Source of the DNA: an uncultured virus (IMG/VR IMGVR_UViG_3300025133_000091)
Lineage: Duplodnaviria > Heunggongvirae > Uroviricota > Caudoviricetes > Crassvirales
Strand: one strand, 5' to 3'
Length of the DNA: 64,000 bases
Virus record (IMG/VR): IMGVR_UViG_3300025133_000091
Shown: piece by piece, positions 8,805 to 18,977 of the stretch
How positions within the stretch are numbered: position 1 is the stretch's first letter
How the letters are laid out: every line of letters begins with the position of its first letter
The notes under the pieces: generated by a model
What the model was told of the DNA's origin: nothing
The model's input: only the letters and a program-made list of their open reading frames with translations
Database searches by the model: none
Position numbers and translations under genes: made by a program

Positions 8805-11800
8805 CTATCTTCTACTTTTTAATAGGTTTTTTCTTCTAATTTCCTCTCTACTTAGTGGTTTTTTCTTCTTTTTACTTTTCTTCTTATCTTTCTTAAGTCT
8901 ATCTTTTATTTCTTGTATTTCTTTATTTTCAATATCAAGATTATATTGAGTCCAACCCCAAAACATCAAGATTCTTTCCAGAGCTGTATGTTGATTGTTT
9001 AAAACCTCTTGCATATTTTGTACTTTCTGATATACTCTATATGTTGGCGCGCCTGTTATACCTTCTATATAACGAGTATATGCTGACCACATTGGATTAT
9101 CAATGTCGAATGTTTCCATTTCTTTTATAACTTTTTTGTTATAATTAAGAGTTTTTTCACCCAAAGTTATATGCCTAGATTTAATACCTAGAACTGGAGA
9201 AACGTTTAGTAATTCTAATAAAACACTACTTTCGTCTGGATTATAATCTTTGCCCCTTTCTTTCATCCATTGTCTCGCTATGTTTTTCAAAGTAGCAACT
9301 ACAGCTCCCATTACACCAGATCCTCTTAAAATAGAATCTATAGTACCATGTATTATTCTTTCTTGCTTTTTAGTTACCTTATCTTCCTCTTCGTCATCAT
9401 CAAACATAACAGCAAATAAAGCTGTTTGCAAGCCGTAAAATATTAAGTTCTGTACTCCAAGATAATAAACCACTCTAGACGCATTGGATATATCACTTTG
9501 TATTAAGCTTGTGTTACCGGGCGTTGTTCTTCTATTATATATATCTGAAAGCGCTTTCTTAGTTATTCTATTGTATTGAGATGTAATGTTTTGGAAATTC
9601 AAAATAACCTTACCAATAGGCGAAGCTTGTTGCTGTGATACTTTATCTGGTCTAGCTGATTGCTGAGTAGACTGAGTTATATCTTGGAAATCTGTCCACG
9701 CTTTTGCTTCTGCTTCTTTTTGGTTTAATCCTTCTTTTAAATAAGTATTAACTCTATTTCTATAAAAAGTAGCTCCACCTGTTGCAATAGCTATACTATC
9801 CCCAATTTGTGTTGGTGTAAATCCTAATTGTAATAATTTAGCTAATAAAGCTCTACCTGTGAAATCTTTACCACTAAGTTCTTTTACAAGATCAGCGGCA
9901 TTTACATCAGTTTGTATACCACCACGTCTTTGCTTTAACATATCTGAATTAAATATTTTAACCCAATCTTCGCGATATTGTTTTACATTTGCAAAAGCTT
10001 TAGCAGCGGCAAACATGTTGTTATCTGCAAAATTAATATAGTTAACAATAGATAGTTGTTGTAATAAAGCTGATCTCATATTTAAAAACATAACAGAACC
10101 AACCGCAGCGTTTAAATAGTTCATAAACCTGTTTGTAAGTTCGTTCTGTCCACTAGGTCTATTTCTACCAGTTTTAATTCTATAAATAGAGTCTTCAATA
10201 GCGCTTCTAACGTTTTTACCGTATATAGCTTCTATTTTATTTAAGTTTTCTTCAGAAAATATCACATCTACATTTTCATTAAACTCAGCAAGATAATCTG
10301 CTCTACCTTCTCTTCCAGTTGCATCATCTAAATCTACTCTTATATCTCCAGCCTCCCAACCTTCTGTTGGTTTAACATAACCTTCTCTTTTAGATATTAC
10401 ATTTAATGTTTCCGCATACGCTTGTAATTCAGCATCTTCCATTACCAATTCAGATAATTTTGCTTGATCAGTTTCGCTTAAACCAGGTATTTTATAACCA
10501 TGTTTATTCCATATGTAAACTCTTATAGCGTCTTGATATGTAAAATCTCCATCAGGGGTTTTCTTGTTTAATTTCTTTTTTATTCCTGGGAATTGTTTAT
10601 TTAAAGCTTTGTAATCATTAGCTACATTTTGCTTAGCTGCATCAAGTTCTTTGTTAGCTCTATTTAAAGGTCTAATTAAAGCTTTTTCAAAGAAATTTCT
10701 ATGAGCGTCTCCTTTCTTACCTTTACCTAAGAAATTATATATTAATCCTACAAAATCTTCATGTGATGGTGGTATAAAGAATCTAAACTTACCTTTATTA
10801 GATCCACGCTTTCTACCTTTAATAGCGGAAAATCTTTTCTTAGATTCCATACCTGTTACATCTTCTAGTATATCGTTAAACTCAGTATCCATATTCTTAC
10901 TAAACTTAACTCTAGCTTGTTGAACCTTAGATTTAACATCGAGTTGATCTAACATATTCTGCACGGCTTTTACGTTTTGTAAAGCATCATCAGCAAAGTA
11001 AAAGTCATTATAACCTTCACCAACTTTTTCAGCCACCCAAAGTGCTTTAGCGTCTGCTGTAGAATTTCCTAATCCAGTAATATTCTTTAAAGGTATGTTT
11101 AAACCATTAGCTTTTAAAAACGCGTGTATAGCAGCGGCAGATTCAGCGGGTCTAGCGGTTAATATAAACATATTCTCAGGACCAAACTTATCTTGTAATT
11201 TTAAAGCTTTTTCAAATAGTGGAGCTTTCTTACCATCTACAACTTTGTTAAATTCTGAGAAGTCCCACTTATAACCTAACTCTGTTAGCTCTTGATATGT
11301 ACTAGCATATTGTTCTGCGTTTAATGTACCTTTAGTTCCATCTGGTCTAGTAAATCTAATCATAGATTTAGTCGTTGCCAGTGTATCATCAAAATCTAAA
11401 ACAGTAATACCTTTAGATTCGTTATTAGTTGAACGAGAGAACATTATAGCTTTATCTAGCTTTTGAAAATCTTGAGATTTACTAAATTTAGCATTGACAA
11501 TAACTTTATTATCTACTAGTTTTTGAAGAGCGTCTTTAAAAGCAGCGTTATTATATCTACTACGACCGCCCTTACGCCTAAGTCTTTCACTATTTAATAT
11601 TCTATCTAGCGCTTTAGGTAACACGTGTACTCTAGCTTCATCAAATATTTCTTGCAGTTTAACTTTACTTATTTTACCATCAATATAATCATTAACATAA
11701 CCTTGCATATCATTGTTAGTGATTTCATGTTCTAATACTGTTTTCTTTGAATCTAAATCGCTAACTGAACGATCAACAACCATACCTATTTTAGCTATTT

Positions 11801-14800
11801 TTCTCAAAGCGCCTCTCTGATCATAAGCCATGAGTTGTACTATAGCTTTTTTCTCAGTAATAGTTAAACTTTTAGAATCTGCAATTTTAAATATATAAGC
11901 CTGTGCTTTTACCGCTTGTTCATTTACCTTGTTAGCTAACTCAGTATCATTGTGAGCATTGTTTTTTATATTTTCAACATTCTCATACAGCTCTACATCT
12001 TTCCAAGTTTTACCATCTTTATACTGCATTTTCTTCCTTTGCTCTGCTTCTGGCTTGTTCTTGTCTTGCGCGATAGTGGTTGCCCTATAGTTCCCTTTAA
12101 CATCTTCACTTAGGTTTTCTATAACCTCTTCCAATAACAATTGATTAGTAGTAATACCTTCGACTTTAGCAGATCTAGTTGGTCTTCCAACATTAGCTAA
12201 ATATTCGTTAATAATTTCTATTTTTCTTTCAGTGTTCTTAATGTTTGCTAACTTCCTTTTAAGGTGTTTTACAGAAGAATCATGTCCTAATTTTCTTATT
12301 TTAGCAACCCCAAACTCTTTAATGTCTTTAATTATATTATCAATATGAATTTTACCAAGAGTACCGTTTGCTAAAACAGCATCTATACCAACATTAACCA
12401 AACCAAGTTCTGCTTTAACTGTTTCAAATACTTCTATTAAACCAAACCCATCTTCAACAAGCTCTCTAGTCATTGTTAAGAAGTCTTTTGTTAATCCATC
12501 TTCTTGAACATTTTCTAAATTCTGTAAATATACTCCAATTTTCTTCTTTTTGCTAGGCGTAAATAAAGAAAACTCATTTGCATTTTGAACTCGAGAAAAC
12601 TTAACATCACTTTTAGAAAACCTAAGGTTTGTTTCTTGTACAACACCGTCTATTGTTACGATTGTTGTTTCGCCTGTTTGCAGCTGATTTAATGAAGCTC
12701 CTTCAACTATTGTTTTTACAACTATTTTAACTTTCTTACCTTGAATACCGTAATATCTTTCGTAAGCAGGTGTTAGATACTTTATGTTAGCTTTTTCAAA
12801 CCCAACTAACTTACTTGGATCTTGAAACTCTTCAAAGTATTTTTGATTAACAGTACCTTCAATCGTTATTGTTTCCGCTTGCATAGTCCAATCTTTTTCA
12901 ATAAGAGATCTTTCGTATTTAGTTATGTTGTCAACCCTAATCTCATCTCTACCAAAACTAACTTTTTCAGTGGCTATTGGGTTATTATAAGTTCTTTCTT
13001 CTTTAAAGTCTAACCTTTGTCCTTCTTTAAAATTTTGCGTTCTTTTGAGGTTGTAATTATTTGATCTTTTATTTTTATTATCAACCTCAATACTCACTCC
13101 ATCAGTTCTACCATTCTTTTTAGTCTTTTGCGAGATAAAATCACCATCACCATCTTTTAGTGTAATGGTACCATTCTTCTTATCACCAGTTACTTTTTCA
13201 TAACGTATTACTTCTGATTTATTTTTATATACCAATGATACTGGTTTGAAACCATCTTTATCTTTCTTGCCTCTAATCACAGGGGCGTTAGTAGATTTAT
13301 CATTTCTATCCCACCATTCCATGTTATTACCATCTCTAAAAGCAATTAATTTGCCATCATGAAAAGCTATCTTATGACCGTTACCTTCTTGATTATATTG
13401 TTTCCAATGTTGCCACGCTTGACCTAATTCACCTTTTTGTTTAGAGGTAAATTCTATTCTATAATACTCACCTTCCCCATAGTCTTCTACTTTGCTGAAA
13501 TCCTCTATCACATAACCCTCGTCAATTAAACCATCTCTAAACGTTATAGCATTCTCGCGGCCGTCTATAGTTTCTTCCATGCCAACTTGTTCTTGCCTAG
13601 CAGCTAAACACCAAGGATTAGATTTTTTTCCAAAGTGAGTATCAATTACTTTTCTAACATCTTTTTGTCCCTGTTTAGAATCTTCAACATCGTAAATCGT
13701 AACACCGTCGGTTAACTCTGTTTTGTTAGTAAAAGCTTTAACTTTATCAGGATTAGTTCTAGCACCTTTAACTTCTCCAACAAATGTTTCTATTAATTCG
13801 TTAGGATTTTTGAAAGAGAATGGATCTATCTTCTTCTGAGTAGCTATTCTCTCAGCTTCTATAACTTTATAGCCATCTTCAGGTAGTATTAAGAAGCCGT
13901 TGGCTGTATAGTGCATAGCCATTTTCTCATACTTAGATTTCTTATGATTAGGTATTTCTTTACCATCTACAAAGTCAAATACAGATTGAACAGCATTTTT
14001 TCTTTGATCTTCAGTAAGATCAGGTCTTCTCTTAGTTAATTGCTTCTCATAAGCTTCTCTGTGAGATTTAGAGAACTTAATTTGAGAATACACGTTAACG
14101 TCTCCCGTACCGTCTATAGCTGCTGAGATGTCTCCTATCGCGTTACTCTTAGAGAATTTAACATTAACCTCTCTACCAATTGCAGCGCCTAATTCAGCAA
14201 CACTTCCTGGGTCGATGTCCATTTCAGCAATCTTACTTTGAACTTCTTCAGACTGTCTAGCTTCCATGATTGCATCGGTAACTAAACCATTAACCATTCG
14301 CATTGCAATACCATCTTTTCTAGTACCTTTTAAACCTTGTCTTGAACCAGTGACTGGATTAATACCTGGTTGATCAGCCCAACTTACCAATTCAGTTTCT
14401 GTTGGCATTATTTTATTATATAGAGAAGGTGAGAAAGCACCTTTACCTGTTTTCTTATCTTTTGTAATCTTGTTTAAAGCTTCTGGTGGTAATTGCTCTC
14501 TGTTTACAGCATCTTGTACTTGCTCTATAGAGGTTAATGTCTTAACAAAATTTGTAAAGATTCTATCAGCTTCAGGAGTGTTTCTTTCCATTTGAACTAA
14601 ATCCGCTGTAGATATATTTTTAACGATGTCTTCTCTAAATTTCTTAAGATTAGATATATATGTGTCTTTTGTTCCTCTTTTCACGTGTACGTCAGCAACA
14701 CCATAAGTTAAGAAGTTTTTGATTTGCTTAAACAAAGGACTGTTAAGATTAGCGTATTCCTTTTTTAGTTTAGCTGCAATAGCTTTTGCTCTCAACTGAA

Positions 14801-17800
14801 CATCTGTAATGTTCTGAGTAGTACTATAAGCCATCATTAAACTTTTCTTAACGTTGTCTAATACCTCGTTGTATATTTTACTACCAGTTTCAAATCCTAG
14901 TTTTTTTCTAAACTCAGAGTATCTTTGTTTATCAGCTTTTTCTTTTTTGGCTTGACCTTCGATTGATAAATCTTCCTCTTCAAAAGCCTCCATCTCAGCA
15001 GATTTTTCAGCCGCAACTTGAACTTTTACTTCACCTTCTTTAGTTGTCTTGCCTATATCTTTAGCGCCTTTCATTTCGTCAGCAACCTTAAACTCTCTGT
15101 TGTAAACGTTACCAGCTTTATTAGCTATTTGAGAGTTGATCCAACCAAATAGATTGTCATTTTGTTCAGGCTTAAAATTCTTAACATGGTTAACTAACTC
15201 AGAGTAAACTAAGTCAACAAAGTTATCCGGAACGATATCAGCTTTATATTTAGATCGTATTAAACCATCAAGCATTTTATTGCTTTGCATTTCTTTGATA
15301 GCAAAGTCAGCGCCTTGTTCTTTCCACGTTTTATTAGTCCAACCCATGTCAGCTAATTCGTTTACAGCGTTTGTTTGATTTTTAGAAAACTTAGTTGCAG
15401 GTTCAGATTTAGTTTTAGGCGCGGATTCTGCAGCTTGTTTAGCAATTCTATTTTCTCTAATTGCCTGTATATCTTTTGTGTCAATAGTACCAGCTTTAAT
15501 TTTCTTAGCTATTCCAATTAAAAAGTTAATTGCATCTGTCTCTCCTTTTAAGTCAATTTTTCTACCACCAACTTTTTCAATACCTTTATTCATAAGGTTA
15601 GCTAAAAACCCTGCTTGTTTTGATTTAGCTATATCAACCTTACCACTAGCAACCTCTTCTAAGAATACCATTATAGTTTCATCGTATAACTTATCTTTAA
15701 TAGCACCAGCTTGATTTAATCGAAACTGTAATCTTTTGTATGCTGCTGGATTAGCTTGTTTTAAATATTCTGTTATTTGTCCACTTAGCTCTTTAAAAGC
15801 AGCTGGATTAGAACCAATAGCCTTTACAAAGACAGAGTGTCCAACCTCATGCGTTCTTGTTTCCAACCTATCGTCCATAGCCATGTTGTTGGCAACAATA
15901 AAAGGCACTTGCCCGTCTTGTGTTGGAATATTCGCACCGTGAACGTTACCATCTTTTACCCCCTTAAAAAACTCAGCTTTAGCAGCCTCAGATATGTTTG
16001 TTTGTTTTTCAACCCAAGCTATAGCGTCCTCATTTGTCTCAAACAACTTGGTATTTGTTAAACCAGCTTTTGAGTTAGCGGCATGATCTCTTTTAATTTT
16101 TCTAACGTTATATAAAAATTTAGCCCTTTGGTTTATTTCTATTTCTGTTGGTTCTTTTCTACGACCTTTAGTTGCTTCTAAGTTAACATTAACTAAATCA
16201 TCGCCAGCTTGCTTTTTTAAAGCAGCTACGTCATCAGCGTTTTCATCTAAACCAGAGTAAGCGTCCCACTCATTTCCAAAAGCGTTTTTATCTCTAAAGA
16301 AATCTTTTTGTCTTTGTTTAGAATCAAACTTTACTTGTAAAACTTTTAATCTATCGTTTCTTTGCTGATCTGTTAAGGTGGTATTATTATCAACCTCAAT
16401 AGCCTCGTTTTTTATACCTTCTAACTCAGAGTTTAGTGCAAAATAATATTTTGTAGCATCGTCGCTTAAACTGTTGACAAGGGCCTCTTGTTCTCTAACA
16501 TGTGTTTCGTTTTCAGCCTGTAAATCAGCAATTATTTTATTGTTGTTGTTTATGTCAGCTTGCGTTCCAGCGTTAGTAATACCAGCTTTTAAATTTATTT
16601 TTATATTTAAGTTTGTCTTGTTAAGATTTTTCAATTTATCAACACGTTGTCTATACTCTATATTAGCGGCATGATCATTAAACTGAGATAAATATAAACC
16701 TCTAGCAAATGGAGCTACACTTAAAGTAGTACCAAACATAAGACCAGAAAACATAGCGTGATCTAATCCTTGTGTTAGTGGTTTTCCGTCTATAATATTT
16801 TGAGTTAACTGCGTCATACCCTCACCTATAGGCTCTGATGCTATACCATATACTGTTTTACCAATGTTCTTTTTAAAGTACTTACCCACTGTTTGGTCTA
16901 ACAATGTTTTTTTACCAGGTGTAATTGAGAAACCTCTTTTAGCAGCTTTAAGCAATGGAATTGTAGTTAAAGATTCAAATACTAATTCAGAAGCACCGAA
17001 ACCAGCACTCATCCACCACATCTCCGCGTTAGAAAGTTGTCTTCCTCCTTCAGAATTTCTTTCAATAGATAAATCAGTATAGTGCTCTCCAAAAGCACTT
17101 AAACCAAGAGTAGCCGCTCCAACACCAGGTATTGCTAAAGCTGCAAATACAGGTATTTGATTAGCTATTTCTTGAGCCATAAATGTACCAAAATTAGTAA
17201 GAGAATCAAATGCATTGTCAAACTCCACATCTTTAGCATAAGATTCTCTAATTTCTGAGGTTGATGTTTTAAAATCAGATAGGAATTCAATAGCATCTTT
17301 ATTCTCCCCACCACCCATTAAATTCATACCGATAGTAGCGTTAAAAAACATTTCAGTAGTACCTAAAGCTATAGTTGTTAAGAACTTCTCTAAACCATTA
17401 TAATTTCTTCTAGCAATATCAATAGCAGCAGCGTTGTCACTGTACTGAACAGCTTTTTCCATTACTTTTTCTTGAAACGACTTAAAAGCTTTGATTTTGT
17501 TGTTGATTTTAACATTAAGCCCCTTAAATTCATTAAATATTCTTTCTGGAATTTGTCTACCACCTTGTAATGTAACTACACTTTCACCAGGCATAATATC
17601 AAACACAAAATCAGGATCTTCTAGTTGAGAGTTTATTTCATTAAATCTAGTAATTTCAACACCATTGTCTAATTCCAAAGCTTTAGCCGTGAGTAAAGAA
17701 TAGTCTTTGTTAAAGTCTACATCAAACTCTTTAGCTGCTATCGTGTATTTTTCAGCTTTTGTAGCTTTGTTTCTACCGCCATCTCCACCTATCTTATAAG

Positions 17801-18956
17801 AATAATTATGTTGGTAGCCATCTGTTTCTATAATTTCAGTTAACGCTTTTTCTTGAACGCTATCTATAACATACTCTAAAGCTCTTTCATGCACTTCTTC
17901 TGTAGTTGGTTGGCTTTTGTTGCCATCGGCCTCATACTCCGCTTTTAAATCTTTTAAAGCTCTTTCTAATTCTTCTTTATAAAGTTGTACTTCGTATTTT
18001 TGAACAGACGATCCGCTTCCCACCCCCATAGTACTAACACCAGAGCTCGCTATCTTTGTTTTTATCTCTTTACCAAACAAAGTGCCTTCTTTAAACTTCT
18101 TTTCTATTTCTGTGATTTCTTCAGCGGCTAATTTATCTCTCCAAGCATTTATATCTTCCCAAGTTTTTCTCCTTGCTTTTTTAGCCGCGTCTTGAGCAGC
18201 CCAATTTTCATCAGTAGAATATTTGTTAACAAAATCTTTGAGGATATTAAAAGATCTATCTCGTCCTTCTTCTTCACTTAAACCCGGAGACATAGGTGTC
18301 GCTATTTTCTTTACTTTTGCTTCAGTATATTGTTTATCATCTATCGATGATTTGTATCCTACTGTCCTCCCATTTTCAATAATCGGACTAAAGTATTCTT
18401 CGGCAACCGTTGTAGTTTTTCCATTTTCATCAATAATTTCACGTGGCTGGATTTTTCTTTTATATTTCTTTCCTTTGCTGTAAAGATTTAAACCGCCAAT
18501 ATTCATGTCAAATGTAGCAGAGTGTTTACCGTCTTGAGTAGAAATTTCAACAGCATCTAATCCACTACCTTCTTTAGATCCCAACCTTACTTCTTCAAAA
18601 TTAAACCCAGGATATAACTCTTTTAACTTTCTTACAGCCTCTCCTTCACCTTTATTAAACAAACTAGTGTGAGCGTCGATGTTATAACCAACAACATCTA
18701 GTGGTGAAGCGTAGTCTGATGACGATAAGATAGTTTCTGGGTTATACGCAGGGACTTCAGTGGCTGCTCCAGTAAACTTATTTACAGTAAACTTATTTTC
18801 GAAAGTATTAAAGTCACCTGTAAAATCACCATCATTTACAATACCAGCGTGTAGTGTTTTTCTGTAATCTAAGTCTTTAAATTTCTCTTGAAATTGCTCG
18901 AAACTACCGTAAAAATAACCATCATCATATAAACCTTGATATAACTCTTCTAACAT
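8805..18956 (-). CDS. giant polyvalent virion (ejection) protein, 3383 aa, with a zincin HEXXH motif, a sigma-like segment and a HAD phosphatase domain
   Basis: THEVGHS at about 15837-15851. HAD motifs LDFDDTL, ILTARP and FADDA at about 10975-11400. Lies in the late operon after the ejection-type genes. Confidence 0.7.
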   Translation of the reverse strand: MLEELYQGLYDDGYFYGSFEQFQEKFKDLDYRKTLHAGIVNDGDFTGDFNTFENKFTVNKFTGAATEVPAYNPETILSSSDYASPLDVVGYNIDAHTSLFNKGEGEAVRKLKELYPGFNFEEVRLGSKEGSGLDAVEISTQDGKHSATFDMNIGGLNLYSKGKKYKRKIQPREIIDENGKTTTVAEEYFSPIIENGRTVGYKSSIDDKQYTEAKVKKIATPMSPGLSEEEGRDRSFNILKDFVNKYSTDENWAAQDAAKKARRKTWEDINAWRDKLAAEEITEIEKKFKEGTLFGKEIKTKIASSGVSTMGVGSGSSVQKYEVQLYKEELERALKDLKAEYEADGNKSQPTTEEVHERALEYVIDSVQEKALTEIIETDGYQHNYSYKIGGDGGRNKATKAEKYTIAAKEFDVDFNKDYSLLTAKALELDNGVEITRFNEINSQLEDPDFVFDIMPGESVVTLQGGRQIPERIFNEFKGLNVKINNKIKAFKSFQEKVMEKAVQYSDNAAAIDIARRNYNGLEKFLTTIALGTTEMFFNATIGMNLMGGGENKDAIEFLSDFKTSTSEIRESYAKDVEFDNAFDSLTNFGTFMAQEIANQIPVFAALAIPGVGAATLGLSAFGEHYTDLSIERNSEGGRQLSNAEMWWMSAGFGASELVFESLTTIPLLKAAKRGFSITPGKKTLLDQTVGKYFKKNIGKTVYGIASEPIGEGMTQLTQNIIDGKPLTQGLDHAMFSGLMFGTTLSVAPFARGLYLSQFNDHAANIEYRQRVDKLKNLNKTNLNIKINLKAGITNAGTQADINNNNKIIADLQAENETHVREQEALVNSLSDDATKYYFALNSELEGIKNEAIEVDNNTTLTDQQRNDRLKVLQVKFDSKQRQKDFFRDKNAFGNEWDAYSGLDENADDVAALKKQAGDDLVNVNLEATKGRRKEPTEIEINQRAKFLYNVRKIKRDHAANSKAGLTNTKLFETNEDAIAWVEKQTNISEAAKAEFFKGVKDGNVHGANIPTQDGQVPFIVANNMAMDDRLETRTHEVGHSVFVKAIGSNPAAFKELSGQITEYLKQANPAAYKRLQFRLNQAGAIKDKLYDETIMVFLEEVASGKVDIAKSKQAGFLANLMNKGIEKVGGRKIDLKGETDAINFLIGIAKKIKAGTIDTKDIQAIRENRIAKQAAESAPKTKSEPATKFSKNQTNAVNELADMGWTNKTWKEQGADFAIKEMQSNKMLDGLIRSKYKADIVPDNFVDLVYSELVNHVKNFKPEQNDNLFGWINSQIANKAGNVYNREFKVADEMKGAKDIGKTTKEGEVKVQVAAEKSAEMEAFEEEDLSIEGQAKKEKADKQRYSEFRKKLGFETGSKIYNEVLDNVKKSLMMAYSTTQNITDVQLRAKAIAAKLKKEYANLNSPLFKQIKNFLTYGVADVHVKRGTKDTYISNLKKFREDIVKNISTADLVQMERNTPEADRIFTNFVKTLTSIEQVQDAVNREQLPPEALNKITKDKKTGKGAFSPSLYNKIMPTETELVSWADQPGINPVTGSRQGLKGTRKDGIAMRMVNGLVTDAIMEARQSEEVQSKIAEMDIDPGSVAELGAAIGREVNVKFSKSNAIGDISAAIDGTGDVNVYSQIKFSKSHREAYEKQLTKRRPDLTEDQRKNAVQSVFDFVDGKEIPNHKKSKYEKMAMHYTANGFLILPEDGYKVIEAERIATQKKIDPFSFKNPNELIETFVGEVKGARTNPDKVKAFTNKTELTDGVTIYDVEDSKQGQKDVRKVIDTHFGKKSNPWCLAARQEQVGMEETIDGRENAITFRDGLIDEGYVIEDFSKVEDYGEGEYYRIEFTSKQKGELGQAWQHWKQYNQEGNGHKIAFHDGKLIAFRDGNNMEWWDRNDKSTNAPVIRGKKDKDGFKPVSLVYKNKSEVIRYEKVTGDKKNGTITLKDGDGDFISQKTKKNGRTDGVSIEVDNKNKRSNNYNLKRTQNFKEGQRLDFKEERTYNNPIATEKVSFGRDEIRVDNITKYERSLIEKDWTMQAETITIEGTVNQKYFEEFQDPSKLVGFEKANIKYLTPAYERYYGIQGKKVKIVVKTIVEGASLNQLQTGETTIVTIDGVVQETNLRFSKSDVKFSRVQNANEFSLFTPSKKKKIGVYLQNLENVQEDGLTKDFLTMTRELVEDGFGLIEVFETVKAELGLVNVGIDAVLANGTLGKIHIDNIIKDIKEFGVAKIRKLGHDSSVKHLKRKLANIKNTERKIEIINEYLANVGRPTRSAKVEGITTNQLLLEEVIENLSEDVKGNYRATTIAQDKNKPEAEQRKKMQYKDGKTWKDVELYENVENIKNNAHNDTELANKVNEQAVKAQAYIFKIADSKSLTITEKKAIVQLMAYDQRGALRKIAKIGMVVDRSVSDLDSKKTVLEHEITNNDMQGYVNDYIDGKISKVKLQEIFDEARVHVLPKALDRILNSERLRRKGGRSRYNNAAFKDALQKLVDNKVIVNAKFSKSQDFQKLDKAIMFSRSTNNESKGITVLDFDDTLATTKSMIRFTRPDGTKGTLNAEQYASTYQELTELGYKWDFSEFNKVVDGKKAPLFEKALKLQDKFGPENMFILTARPAESAAAIHAFLKANGLNIPLKNITGLGNSTADAKALWVAEKVGEGYNDFYFADDALQNVKAVQNMLDQLDVKSKVQQARVKFSKNMDTEFNDILEDVTGMESKKRFSAIKGRKRGSNKGKFRFFIPPSHEDFVGLIYNFLGKGKKGDAHRNFFEKALIRPLNRANKELDAAKQNVANDYKALNKQFPGIKKKLNKKTPDGDFTYQDAIRVYIWNKHGYKIPGLSETDQAKLSELVMEDAELQAYAETLNVISKREGYVKPTEGWEAGDIRVDLDDATGREGRADYLAEFNENVDVIFSEENLNKIEAIYGKNVRSAIEDSIYRIKTGRNRPSGQNELTNRFMNYLNAAVGSVMFLNMRSALLQQLSIVNYINFADNNMFAAAKAFANVKQYREDWVKIFNSDMLKQRRGGIQTDVNAADLVKELSGKDFTGRALLAKLLQLGFTPTQIGDSIAIATGGATFYRNRVNTYLKEGLNQKEAEAKAWTDFQDITQSTQQSARPDKVSQQQASPIGKVILNFQNITSQYNRITKKALSDIYNRRTTPGNTSLIQSDISNASRVVYYLGVQNLIFYGLQTALFAVMFDDDEEEDKVTKKQERIIHGTIDSILRGSGVMGAVVATLKNIARQWMKERGKDYNPDESSVLLELLNVSPVLGIKSRHITLGEKTLNYNKKVIKEMETFDIDNPMWSAYTRYIEGITGAPTYRVYQKVQNMQEVLNNQHTALERILMFWGWTQYNLDIENKEIQEIKDRLKKDKKKSKKKKKPLSREEIRRKNLLKSRR

Positions 18957-18977
18957 ACGTAATGTAATTTAATTTTA

